Shown piece by piece: positions 11,281 to 20,551 of a stretch of 64,000 nucleotides of DNA. Location: NCBI GenBank assembly GCA_963723515.1, contig CAVRQT010000002.1, positions 640,001 to 704,000 of the forward strand, in the 5' to 3' direction. The translations under genes and the position numbers were made by a program. Origin of the DNA: Vulcanimicrobiota bacterium (GTDB lineage Bacteria; Vulcanimicrobiota; Vulcanimicrobiia; Vulcanimicrobiales; Vulcanimicrobiaceae). The notes beneath the pieces were generated by a model. It had not been told where the DNA came from. It saw only the letters and a list, made by a program, of their open reading frames with translations, and made no database searches. How positions within the stretch are numbered: position 1 is the stretch's first letter; every line of letters starts with the position of its first letter.

Positions 11281-11754
11281 TTGGCCGAGCTCGACATTCG
11301 GCAGATCATGCAAGTGCTGCCGCATCGCTATCCGATTCTGCTGATCGATCGGATCCTCGAGCTCGAACCCGGCAAACGCGCTCTCGGCTACAAGAACGTC
11401 ACCAACAATGAGCCGGTCTTCAGCGGACATTTTCCTGGAAATCCGCTTTTGCCCGGCGTTTACATGATCGAAGCGCTTGCGCAACTCGCAGGCGCCATCG
11501 TGCTAGAACCCGGCGAGTTTCATCTGAAAGTGCCCTATCTCGCCGGCATCGATAAAGTGAAATTTCGGCGCCCCGTCATACCAGGTGATTGCCTGATGAT
11601 GGAAGCGACGGTGTTGCGCGTTCGCAAGAACATCGGATGGATCAGCGCCATCGCGAAAGTCGACGACCAACTCGCGTGCTCTGGGCAATTGATGTTCACG
11701 ATCGTCACTGATGCGCGCCCCGTCGGCTACGACGCGGCTGTCTTTCACGCTTGA
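11281..11754 (+). CDS. fabZ: 3-hydroxyacyl-ACP dehydratase
   Basis: LPHRYPILLIDR and GHFPGNPLLPGVYMIEALAQ motifs; TTG start at 11281. Confidence 0.96.
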   Translation: MAELDIRQIMQVLPHRYPILLIDRILELEPGKRALGYKNVTNNEPVFSGHFPGNPLLPGVYMIEALAQLAGAIVLEPGEFHLKVPYLAGIDKVKFRRPVIPGDCLMMEATVLRVRKNIGWISAIAKVDDQLACSGQLMFTIVTDARPVGYDAAVFHA

Positions 11755-12518
11755 TTCACGGCACCGCGATCGTTCATCCGAATGCAAACGTCGAACGCGG
11801 CGTCGAAATCGGCCCTTATTGTTTGGTGGGCGCGAACGTTTCCGTCGGCCGCGGCACGGTTTTGCAGGCGCACGTCGTCGTCAACGGCTGGACGACGATC
11901 GGCGAAGATTGTCGCATCTATCCTTTTGCGACGATCGGCAGTGCGTCGCAAGACCGCAAGTATGAAGGCGAACGCGCGTACACGACTGTCGGCAACCGCA
12001 CGACGATCCGCGAGTATGTCAGCGTCCAGCGTGCGACGGGGGAGGGCGAAACGACATCGATCGGAGACGACTGTTTGTTGCTTGCGTACGTGCACATCGC
12101 GCACAATTGCAAGCTTGGCAACGGCGTCACGATGAGCAATCTGGCGCAGCTGGCGGGCCACGTATCGATCGACGATAACGCGGGTTTCGGGGGAATCGTG
12201 GGCGTTCACCAATTCGTGCGGATTGGGAAATACGCGTTCATCGGCGGATACACGCGCCTGACACGGGACGTTCCGCCCTTTTTCTTGTGCGAGGGAAACC
12301 CGGCGCGCGCATACGGTTTGAATAGTCCCGGACTCAAGCGTGCGGGCTTTTCTGACGGCGACATCACCGAGATCAAACGGTTTTACAAGTTGCTCTACGG
12401 TTCGAAGTTGAAGTTTTCGGCCGCGCTCGAGGAGATGCAGAATACCGTGCAAACGCAAGCCGGCCGCGAACTGATCGCGTTTTTGGAAGCGGACTCCGAC
12501 CGCGGCATTCTAAAGTAG
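11751..12518 (+). CDS. lpxA: UDP-GlcNAc O-acyltransferase
   Basis: Hexapeptide repeats; QD.KY, HIAHNC, LAGHV, VHQF, DVPPF and GLN..GLKR motifs. Confidence 0.97.
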   Translation: MIHGTAIVHPNANVERGVEIGPYCLVGANVSVGRGTVLQAHVVVNGWTTIGEDCRIYPFATIGSASQDRKYEGERAYTTVGNRTTIREYVSVQRATGEGETTSIGDDCLLLAYVHIAHNCKLGNGVTMSNLAQLAGHVSIDDNAGFGGIVGVHQFVRIGKYAFIGGYTRLTRDVPPFFLCEGNPARAYGLNSPGLKRAGFSDGDITEIKRFYKLLYGSKLKFSAALEEMQNTVQTQAGRELIAFLEADSDRGILK

Positions 12519-12573
12519 TGCGCCGGCGCACAGATGCGCCCGCGCGCCAGCGCACCGTGAGCGGCCGACGCTG

Positions 12574-13674
12574 ATGCGTTACTTCTTTTCGACGGGCGAG
12601 CCGTCCGCGGAATTGAGCGCGACGCTCTTAGCAACGGAGATAGCAGCCCGCGATCCCAGCGCTCGGTTCGAAGGGATCGGCGCACAGCGGATGCGGAACG
12701 CTGGATTCGAGCTCTGGGCGCGCAACGATGGCTGGAGCGCCATCACGCCGCTCTCAGTTCTGGCTAAAGTGCCGCGGGTATATTTAGTGTGGTTGTGCAC
12801 GCTGCGCCGGTTGCTGAACGATCCACCCGAACGCATCGTGCTGGTTGATTTCGGCGCGTTCAACCTTCGCTTATCACAGGCGTTACGAAAGAGAAACTAT
12901 CGCGGCAGCATTACCTACTATTTCCCGCCCGGCGCATGGTTTGATACCCCAGATCAAGCTCGTGCCGTGGCGCGCACAACGAGGCCCGTACCGGCATTCC
13001 TCCACCAGTACGAGTTTTATCGCCGTCTCGGCCTCAACGCGCATTATTTCGGGCACCCACTCGCGAGTCGGTATCAACTCGGCGATCCTCGGCCGGCGCC
13101 GCCGCGCGATGGTGGCGTTGTCGCGCTTCTTCCCGGGAGCCGCGCCGCGGAGCTCGAGCATCACGTGCCGTTGCTGTTCGATTCACTGCAGCGCTTGCGA
13201 GATTTTCGTCCCAATCTGCGGGCGCATGCCGTTGCAGCGGATGACGCCGCGGCGAAGATTTTGACGCGCATGATTCGTAAGCGGGATGCCGGCGTCGAGA
13301 TCGTGCGGGAAACGGAAGATGCGCTTCGAAGCGCCGATGCCGCTTGGATCGCATCGGGTACGGCCGTCTTAGAAGCGGCGCTCCTTGGCGTGCCCTCGGT
13401 CGTGTTCTACCGCATGACAGCGTCTCAGATACGGCTCGTACGCCGGCTTTATCGCGGCCGTTATATGGCGCTTCCCAATCTGATTGCGGAACGGGACATC
13501 GTTCCCGAGTTTGCGCAAGAAAGCGCGCGGCCGGACGTCTTGGCGCGAGCGATGGATTCCGTCTTGAGCGATCCGCTGCCGCAATTCAACGCGTTGCGTG
13601 AGTTGCGCAACCAGATCGGCGGAAGCGACGCGTTGCCGCGGATCGCCGAGTTGGTCGTCGGAGAGCGCAGCTGA
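12574..13674 (+). CDS. lpxB: Lipid-A-disaccharide synthase
   Basis: GEPSA, VDFGAFNLRL, GHPL, LLPGSRAAE, SGTAVLE, LPNLI and PEFAQ motifs. Confidence 0.92.
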   Translation: MRYFFSTGEPSAELSATLLATEIAARDPSARFEGIGAQRMRNAGFELWARNDGWSAITPLSVLAKVPRVYLVWLCTLRRLLNDPPERIVLVDFGAFNLRLSQALRKRNYRGSITYYFPPGAWFDTPDQARAVARTTRPVPAFLHQYEFYRRLGLNAHYFGHPLASRYQLGDPRPAPPRDGGVVALLPGSRAAELEHHVPLLFDSLQRLRDFRPNLRAHAVAADDAAAKILTRMIRKRDAGVEIVRETEDALRSADAAWIASGTAVLEAALLGVPSVVFYRMTASQIRLVRRLYRGRYMALPNLIAERDIVPEFAQESARPDVLARAMDSVLSDPLPQFNALRELRNQIGGSDALPRIAELVVGERS

Positions 13675-14408
13675 TGCGCATCTACCACACCTCCGATCTC
13701 CACGATAGACGCGACTTTGCCCAGCCGCTGATCGCGCTTCGTAACCGCGCTCCCGGCTGGTATTTCGATTGCGGCGATTCTTTGCGCGGCAGCCAGACGA
13801 TCTACCACCGCGACGAGCCCATTCAACGCGCGCTCGACAGCGCGGGCTGCGATGCGCAAGCGATCGGCAACCGCGAGTTTCACTATCTCTTCGGCGCGCT
13901 TAGCGCACGGGCAAGCCGTGCGGGCCACCCGCTCGTCTGTTCCAACTTAATCGACGTTCACGGACGCCAGCTGCCCTTCATCGATCATCTGCGGCTTTCG
14001 AACGAGCACGGCGCGGCATATCTTACCGGTCTGCTCGTCATGCAGTATCCGACCGGCAGCCCCTTGGAGCGCATTTTCGGTTGGCGCTTCTTAAATCCGG
14101 CCGCGGTCATCGGGGAACACGAACGCAAGGTCCGCGATGACGAATATTTCGTCGTCCTCTCACACCTTGGTTTGCAAAGGGATGAAGAGCTGGCAACGAC
14201 CCATCAGCGCATCGATCTGCTGTTGGGCGGACACAGCCATGATACGCTTGCGGAGCCGCGCATGGTCGGGCGTGTGCCAATCGTGCACGCGGGGCCGTAC
14301 GGCCGCTTCGTCTCGGTAAGCGAGTTGCAGCGGGAGAACGGCAAGGCGAAGCTTGAGCATTTTTCGCTGTTGCCCCTGATTGGCCAATCGCCGCATGAAA
14401 GCCGATGA
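13674..14408 (+). CDS. Calcineurin-like metallophosphoesterase (5'-nucleotidase N-domain-like), cytoplasmic
   Basis: HTSDLH, DCGD, GNREF, SHLG and GGHSH metal-ligand motifs; no signal peptide; TGATG overlap with lpxB. Confidence 0.88.
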   Translation: MRIYHTSDLHDRRDFAQPLIALRNRAPGWYFDCGDSLRGSQTIYHRDEPIQRALDSAGCDAQAIGNREFHYLFGALSARASRAGHPLVCSNLIDVHGRQLPFIDHLRLSNEHGAAYLTGLLVMQYPTGSPLERIFGWRFLNPAAVIGEHERKVRDDEYFVVLSHLGLQRDEELATTHQRIDLLLGGHSHDTLAEPRMVGRVPIVHAGPYGRFVSVSELQRENGKAKLEHFSLLPLIGQSPHESR

Positions 14409-15559
14409 AGCAGTTGCTCTTCGTGACGAACGGGCACGGTGAACAAGCGATTGCCGCTCGCATTGCGGCGGAGCTCGACGCGCTCGATGACTTCAAGATC
14501 GATCATCTCTCGCTTGTCGGCGAGCAGCTGCCGCCCTCCGATTCGTTCCATCCGGTCGGGCCGGCCCGAAGCCTGCCAAGTGGCGGGCTCATCGCGATGG
14601 GAAATCTGCGCAATTTGCTGCGGGATCTGCGCGCCGGCTTGTTGACGCATACGATTGCGCAATTGCGCTTTTTGGGCAGCGTAAAAGGGCGTTACGATCT
14701 CGCGATTGCCGTCGGCGACACCTTTTCGTATCTCATAGCGCGCCGCGCGCGGGCGAAGCGGACCGCTTTTGTCGGCACCGCGAAGAGCGTGTACGTCGCG
14801 CGATATGGACCGGGCGAAGTTCGCGTCCTGCGCTCGGCGAATGCGATCTTTGTCCGCGATCAAAAAACCGCCGCCGATTTGCAGGCTCGTGGCCTTCGCG
14901 CTTGCGCGCCGGGGAACGTCATCGTCGACCTCTTTGCAGATGCTGCCGACAATCCGGCCGCACTTGCAGGGAAGCGCGTAGCGATCTTTCCCGGCAGTCG
15001 TGAGGGCGCATACGCCGATGCGGTCTTCGCGTGCGCGATCGTACGCCGCCTTTGGGAGAAGCGTTCGGCAATCGAGGCATCGCTTTCCATCGCGCCGCGA
15101 CTTGATCCACTGCGTTTCGCGCAGGTTCTTCGCGACGCTGGTTGGGATGTCACCGCAATGGATGTGCCCTGCGTTCCTTTCGTGCTCGTCATTGGGGATC
15201 GGCCGCTGATCACGGCGTGGAACGGTTCGGCCGGCGCGATGTTGCGCGACGCGCAAATTGTTCTAGGTCAAGCGGGAACAGCGAATGAAGCGGCCGCTGC
15301 GCGAGGCATTCCGATTGCGGCGTTCGACCGAACGCGCCGTTCGGCGGGCAACTGGTATCGGCAGCGTCAACGTGGTTTGCTTGACGGCGCATTGACGATG
15401 CTGCCAAGTTCGGTCGATCAAGCGGCGGACTCCCTTGCGGCGCTGCTTTCAGATGAAGCTCGACGGCACGCGATGGGCAGGATCGGGCGGGAACGGATGG
15501 GTGCTCCCGGCGGCGCTCGCGCGATTGCAATGCAACTGACTGAGATGCTGCAATGCTGA
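14405..15559 (+). CDS. Lipid-A-disaccharide-synthase-related GT-B glycosyltransferase
   Basis: TNGHGE, LPSGG, VGD, GTAKS, VRD, FPGSR, AGTANE and RMGAPG motifs of the LpxB-like family known from cyanobacteria. Confidence 0.8.
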   Translation: MKQLLFVTNGHGEQAIAARIAAELDALDDFKIDHLSLVGEQLPPSDSFHPVGPARSLPSGGLIAMGNLRNLLRDLRAGLLTHTIAQLRFLGSVKGRYDLAIAVGDTFSYLIARRARAKRTAFVGTAKSVYVARYGPGEVRVLRSANAIFVRDQKTAADLQARGLRACAPGNVIVDLFADAADNPAALAGKRVAIFPGSREGAYADAVFACAIVRRLWEKRSAIEASLSIAPRLDPLRFAQVLRDAGWDVTAMDVPCVPFVLVIGDRPLITAWNGSAGAMLRDAQIVLGQAGTANEAAAARGIPIAAFDRTRRSAGNWYRQRQRGLLDGALTMLPSSVDQAADSLAALLSDEARRHAMGRIGRERMGAPGGARAIAMQLTEMLQC

Positions 15560-16752
15560 TGCGTACGCTTCCTGCGGTAGGCGGATTCATGTTTTTTATC
15601 ATCCCGCTTTTTCCGCCGTTCATCACGTTGACGAGCGTTTCAGTTCCGGGAGTTTCACTGCTTCCAATTCCGGTCGCGATCGGGCTCTTAGCGTTGATGG
15701 CCCTCATTGCGATCTACGGCATCGTGCTGAACGTCAGGGAAACCGGCGATGACGTGCCGACGCTCGGTCCGCTTCTTGTGTGGCTCGCTGCGGCGATCGT
15801 GAGTGCGGCGCTCGGCTTCGATCCCGCAGCCGGTGCGATTTTCTTAGCGATCTTCGGCTTCGGGATCGTTTGGCACGTATCGGTCATGCGCTACTATGTG
15901 AAGCCGGGGTTTGCGCCGGCAATCTACTACGGCTTTCTGCTTTCCGGCATCCTTGCGTCGCTCGCGGCTCTGCTCATGGTCGTCATGCAGACGCCGGCAT
16001 CACAGTATGCGATTGGCCACGGGCGCGCAATCGGCACGTTCATCCTGCCCGGCGAGCTGGCCGGATACTTGATCATCTATCTTTTGCTCGCGTTCGCCGT
16101 GGCGCGGACGGCCCATCGTATGCTGATGCGCCGGCTCGCGGTCGTAGGCTTGCTGTGTGGGATGCCGGCGTTCGTGCTGACGTTTTCTCGAGCGGGCGAA
16201 GTCGGTCTGGCTGCGGCGATCGCGGGGTTCGTCTTTGCGCAGCTGCATCGCTTTCGGCTGCGCACCGCCGCCGCAATCGTCGTCGTGGCCGTTATTGCGA
16301 TCGGGTTAGTCTTTAACTCGCACCATAACCCGTCCGAGAACTATACGCGCCTTTCCATTTGGCAGGCAGGGCTCGGAATGGTGCAACGTTTTCCGTTTAC
16401 CGGCGTAGGACCATTTGTGTTTGCGAAGATCTACCCGCTCGTGCGGCTGCCCGATGGTGAGGCGACGGCATTTCACGCGCACAGCTTTTTGCTGACGACG
16501 GCTGCGGAAACCGGCATCGTCGGGGTCGCGGCTGCGCTCTTCGCGTGGTGGCGGTTTATCGTGATTCTTCGCGACCGAATGCGCACCGCGAGCGCCGGGA
16601 ACGCGTTGCTTGCGTCGGCGATCGCAGCCGGACTCTTGGGAACATGGGTTCAAGGTCTGATCGATACGGTGAGCGTTGTTATTTTTGGATTGTGGCTGCC
16701 GTTCATGGCGGTTGCACTGTGCTGCGCGCGATATGGGCTGGTGGAAGCATGA
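15553..16752 (+). CDS. O-antigen ligase (WaaL/Wzy_C) family membrane protein
   Basis: About 11 TM segments; RAIGTF, LTFSR, R..IW...PFTGVG, HAHS and ETGIVG motifs. Confidence 0.88.
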   Translation: MLMRTLPAVGGFMFFIIPLFPPFITLTSVSVPGVSLLPIPVAIGLLALMALIAIYGIVLNVRETGDDVPTLGPLLVWLAAAIVSAALGFDPAAGAIFLAIFGFGIVWHVSVMRYYVKPGFAPAIYYGFLLSGILASLAALLMVVMQTPASQYAIGHGRAIGTFILPGELAGYLIIYLLLAFAVARTAHRMLMRRLAVVGLLCGMPAFVLTFSRAGEVGLAAAIAGFVFAQLHRFRLRTAAAIVVVAVIAIGLVFNSHHNPSENYTRLSIWQAGLGMVQRFPFTGVGPFVFAKIYPLVRLPDGEATAFHAHSFLLTTAAETGIVGVAAALFAWWRFIVILRDRMRTASAGNALLASAIAAGLLGTWVQGLIDTVSVVIFGLWLPFMAVALCCARYGLVEA

Positions 16753-17288
16753 AGTATCCGCTCGTCGCGGCCCTCTGCGCGTTGCTGTTGAGTTCGTGCG
16801 CGTCGCGGCATGCTATGACACAAGCGACTGCGCCGGCCCAAGCCTCTCCGACGCCGTTCCCAAAACTTCACATTCAGAGCCGCGGCAACGCTTCGCAACC
16901 CGTTAGCATCGTTCAACAAGTCGGCAACCGCAAGGTCTACCAATTGATTGCGCGCTCGAGCGACTCGACGATGCAGTCGCAGACCAATTCAACGGGTGTG
17001 TTCCACCAAACACGAGTAACATTTTTTAGTTCCGACGGCTCGAGACTTTCCGGAACGGCGCCGCTGGCGACGATCGACACCGCGGCGGAGACGATCACGC
17101 TCGAAGGCGGCGTTCATGCCAAGAGCTCCGATGGCGTAGCGCTCGATTGTGACCGATTGCAATACGCTCGCAAGAGCGGCCAATTATTTGGCAGCGGCAA
17201 CGTACGGGTCGTCAATCCGTCGGGCGAAGCGCTCTCCGGCGGAAGCTTCCGCAGCGATCTGCGTCTCTCACACGTGCACGTCGAATGA
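16749..17288 (+). CDS. lptC: LptC-like beta-jellyroll LPS export protein, predicted lipoprotein
   Basis: LLSSC lipobox; [17 protein letters not shown] and GNVRV strands; ATGA overlaps with the O-antigen ligase gene and with lptB. Confidence 0.7.
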   Translation: MKYPLVAALCALLLSSCASRHAMTQATAPAQASPTPFPKLHIQSRGNASQPVSIVQQVGNRKVYQLIARSSDSTMQSQTNSTGVFHQTRVTFFSSDGSRLSGTAPLATIDTAAETITLEGGVHAKSSDGVALDCDRLQYARKSGQLFGSGNVRVVNPSGEALSGGSFRSDLRLSHVHVE

Positions 17289-18034
17289 ACGCTGAACGTC
17301 CGCGCAGCATCGAGATGCAGCATCTGACGAAGCAATACGGGGAACGCACCGTCGTCAACGATGTTAATGCCGAGATTTCAGTCGGAGAAATCGTAGGGCT
17401 GCTCGGACCGAACGGCGCCGGCAAGACGACGACGTTTTACATGGTCGTTGGGCTCGTGCGTCCGGATAGCGGGTGCGTGCTGTTGCGTGACGGAAGGCAA
17501 GACGTCGATCTCAGCGATGCGCCGATGCATTGGCGCGCCCGCCGCGGCATCGGTTACCTCTCACAAGAGAACTCGATTTTTCGCAAGCTGACCGTCGGCG
17601 ACAACATCCGGCTGATTTGGGAGATGAACAACGTGCCCGCCGAGGAGCAGGAACATCGGCTGCCGGTGCTCTTGGAAGAGTTCGGCTTGCTGCGGTTCAT
17701 CGACGCCCGCGGCGACAGCTTATCGGGCGGAGAGCGCCGCCGCGTCGAAATCGCGCGCGCAATCGCAACGGAGCCGGACTTTCTACTGCTCGATGAACCG
17801 TTCACCGGCATCGATCCGATCGCAGTCGCCGATATTCAGGCGATGATTCGTCAGCTCCGTGAGCGGGGACTCGGGGTTCTGATCACCGACCACCAGGTGC
17901 GCGAAACGCTGGCGATCGTCGACCGAGCATACATCCTCAATGATGGGCGCATTGAAGTCTCGGGCACCGCGCAAGAAGTTTTGGATAGTCCAGTCGCGCG
18001 CCGGTTCTATTTGGGCGAGGCATTCCGGCTGTGA
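17285..18034 (+). CDS. lptB: LPS export ABC transporter ATPase
   Basis: [44 protein letters not shown] and YLGE motifs. Confidence 0.96.
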   Translation: MNAERPRSIEMQHLTKQYGERTVVNDVNAEISVGEIVGLLGPNGAGKTTTFYMVVGLVRPDSGCVLLRDGRQDVDLSDAPMHWRARRGIGYLSQENSIFRKLTVGDNIRLIWEMNNVPAEEQEHRLPVLLEEFGLLRFIDARGDSLSGGERRRVEIARAIATEPDFLLLDEPFTGIDPIAVADIQAMIRQLRERGLGVLITDHQVRETLAIVDRAYILNDGRIEVSGTAQEVLDSPVARRFYLGEAFRL

Positions 18035-19173
18035 GCCGAGCCGCAGTCATCGCGCAAAGGGCGCCATTGCGCGTGCATCTGCTCATTCTCGATCGATACA
18101 TGCTGACGGAGCTGAGTGGACCGTTTCTCTTCGGTCTTTCCGCCTTTACGCTGATCTTTGCCGCAGCCAACATCCTCAATATCGGCAAGCTCGTCTCGAA
18201 CGATCATGCGCCGCTTTGGGCCGCGATAGAAGTCTTTCTCTGGTCGCTTCCAAGCACGGTCGTGCTCGTCATTCCGATGGCGCTGCTGCTCGGAACGCTC
18301 TTAGCGATGCAGCGGCTCTCCGGCGAAAGCGAGATCACCGCGATGAAGGCGGGCGGCATCGCGCTGCTGCGCATTTCCGCGCCGTTCTTGATCGCAGGCC
18401 TCGTGATGTCGTTTGTGATGCTCTTTCTTCAGGAAGAACTCGTTCCAATCGCACAAGATCAAGAGTCCTATCTCGTCGACCAGGTGATCAACAGTTCGAG
18501 CGCGTTCGGGCGCGACGTCACCGTCCATGCACCGCTGCCCGGGGGCGGCCAGCAGGTGACCGTGGCGACAGGGTACGAGCCGCACTCGCAGGCGCTTTTG
18601 AACGTAACGTTGATCCAATACAATCGTCAGAATCAGCCGACGCAGGTTGTCTTTGCGGATCGTGCGACGTTCGACGCGCAGCGTTGGCTGCTCGAAGGCG
18701 TGAACACGTACCGTTTCAATCCGAACGGCACGACCTATCAAGAGCACGCCGCAACAACGGAGGTTGACATCGGGCAGACGCCCACCGAGATCGTCAAACG
18801 GCTGACGCACGGTGATCCGGAACAGATGAGCCGCGCGCAGATCCTCGATCTGATTCGCTCCCGGCAGTTAAGCATCGGCGACCTGCGCAAATACACCGAG
18901 GCGTACCAAGAGAAGCTCGCGCGACCGTTTGCATGTTTTGTCTTCACCCTGATTGCACTGCCTTTCGGTCTTCGCGCGGCCCGTAGCGGCGGAAGCACGA
19001 GCCTCGGCTTTGGTATGGCCGTCGCAATCGTCTTTGTGTACTACATCGTCGCAACGATCTTCTCATATATCGGGGATGCGCTCTTATTCTTGGCACCGAT
19101 TGCGGCGTGGATGCCGAATTTGATCTTCACGTATCTCGGAATTCAGCGCCTTCGCAAAGTAGCGGCCGCATAG
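18031..19173 (+). CDS. LptF/LptG-family permease (single copy here)
   Basis: [26 protein letters not shown] and AAWMPNLIF motifs. Confidence 0.93.
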   Translation: MSRAAVIAQRAPLRVHLLILDRYMLTELSGPFLFGLSAFTLIFAAANILNIGKLVSNDHAPLWAAIEVFLWSLPSTVVLVIPMALLLGTLLAMQRLSGESEITAMKAGGIALLRISAPFLIAGLVMSFVMLFLQEELVPIAQDQESYLVDQVINSSSAFGRDVTVHAPLPGGGQQVTVATGYEPHSQALLNVTLIQYNRQNQPTQVVFADRATFDAQRWLLEGVNTYRFNPNGTTYQEHAATTEVDIGQTPTEIVKRLTHGDPEQMSRAQILDLIRSRQLSIGDLRKYTEAYQEKLARPFACFVFTLIALPFGLRAARSGGSTSLGFGMAVAIVFVYYIVATIFSYIGDALLFLAPIAAWMPNLIFTYLGIQRLRKVAAA

Positions 19174-20097
19174 ATGGGCGACTTTATCCGCGGAACGCTG
19201 CTCGTTATCTTCATCGTGCTGGTCGCCGGCGGGATTGCCTACATCGGCGACCGAGTCGGGCATCAGGTCGGTCGCCGCCGTCTCACATTGTTCGGCATAC
19301 GTCCGCGGTATACGTCAACGATCATTGCGGTGGGCACCGGCATGCTGATCGCGCTCTTCTTGACGATCGTAACGTTGATCGCTTCGAATACGGTCAAGAC
19401 GGCTTTCTTCCATTTGAATGCGGTCAACGCGCGGATCACGCAGTTGCAGGCGCAAGCCGACGAGCTGCAGCGGCACGTTCGCAACGAACAGGTTGTCGTC
19501 GGCGTCGGCGATCAGATGTATCCGGATATCGCGCTCTTACCGCAAAACGATCCGATCCCCGATCGGTATACGCGCTTGCGAAGCTACTATCAACGCGTGG
19601 CCGCCTTTGCGAACGCAGAATACGTCCCGCGCGGGCTGAAAAAGTTCGTCTCGCCGCCCGATACGGACAAGAAGCTGCAGGATTATTCGGGCGCCTACGA
19701 ACTGACGGCTGCCCTCTCACAATCGCCGGTCGTGATCATCGCGCTCGCCGACGAGAACCTCTTTCGCAACGATCCGATTCACTTCGACTTTCGCTTCTTG
19801 CGCGATCTGCTGATCTTTCCCGCAGGCTCGCCCATCGCTTCGTTCGTCGTGCCGGCAAATCCGAACAACGACGTGCGCTTCATTTTAGTGCAGTTGGAGC
19901 AGCTCGTGACGGAGAGCGCCATCCGTAACTTGATGCCGGTCTACTTCGCGCAGCGAATTGCTATCGTCGGCGGGCCGCCGAACCTGCAGCGGCTCCTTCA
20001 AGGCCGCGGCAACTATCGGATCACGGCGCGAGCGGCCGCGAACATCTATCCTCACGTGCGCGGGATCCCGATCGTCATTCAGCTCAATCGCGTGTAG
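19174..20097 (+). CDS. DUF3084-like membrane protein
   Basis: GGIAYIGDRVG..VGRRRLTLFGIRPRYTS motif, two TM helices and a coiled coil. Confidence 0.8.
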   Translation: MGDFIRGTLLVIFIVLVAGGIAYIGDRVGHQVGRRRLTLFGIRPRYTSTIIAVGTGMLIALFLTIVTLIASNTVKTAFFHLNAVNARITQLQAQADELQRHVRNEQVVVGVGDQMYPDIALLPQNDPIPDRYTRLRSYYQRVAAFANAEYVPRGLKKFVSPPDTDKKLQDYSGAYELTAALSQSPVVIIALADENLFRNDPIHFDFRFLRDLLIFPAGSPIASFVVPANPNNDVRFILVQLEQLVTESAIRNLMPVYFAQRIAIVGGPPNLQRLLQGRGNYRITARAAANIYPHVRGIPIVIQLNRV

Positions 20098-20104
20098 CTC
20101 TTGT

Positions 20105-20509
20105 GTGGTGAGCGACGCCGTTCTTGGAATTGACCCCGGCACGCAGAAGGCCGGCTTCGCCGTCGTCGAGCAGATCTCGAAGACGCCGCTGATCGTGGGA
20201 ATCGAACGGCTCGACCACCTGATCGACCGCGTTCGGCAACTGCTCGCGAGCTACAAAGTGCACGCCATCGCGTTAGGCCGTGGGACGCATGCATCCGAGG
20301 TCGCGCAGATGCTCGACTCGGTCGAGGTTCCCGTCCATCTGATCGACGAGCACGAAACGACCTGGCGCGCCAGGGCGCTCTACTTCGCAGACCATCCGCC
20401 GCGCGGTTGGCGGCGGCTGATCCCGCTGGGCCTGCTGCTTCCGCCGCGGCCGATCGACGACTACGCGGCCGTCTTGATTGCCCGCCGCTTCATAGAAGAA
20501 GCGCATTAG
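20105..20509 (+). CDS. YqgF/RuvX-like RNase H-fold protein
   Basis: VLGIDPG..K.G, G.GT, IDE..TT..AR and IDDYAA motifs; GTG start at 20105 or 20108. Confidence 0.82.
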   Translation: MVSDAVLGIDPGTQKAGFAVVEQISKTPLIVGIERLDHLIDRVRQLLASYKVHAIALGRGTHASEVAQMLDSVEVPVHLIDEHETTWRARALYFADHPPRGWRRLIPLGLLLPPRPIDDYAAVLIARRFIEEAH

Positions 20510-20551
20510 AACTTTTAGCCGGGGTGCAACCAAGGGTACTGTCGTATTGAG

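Noticed and set aside
20509..20550. Sigma-E-type promoter (GAACTT) before the SLH gene
   Set aside because: No matching -10 element at the expected spacing.
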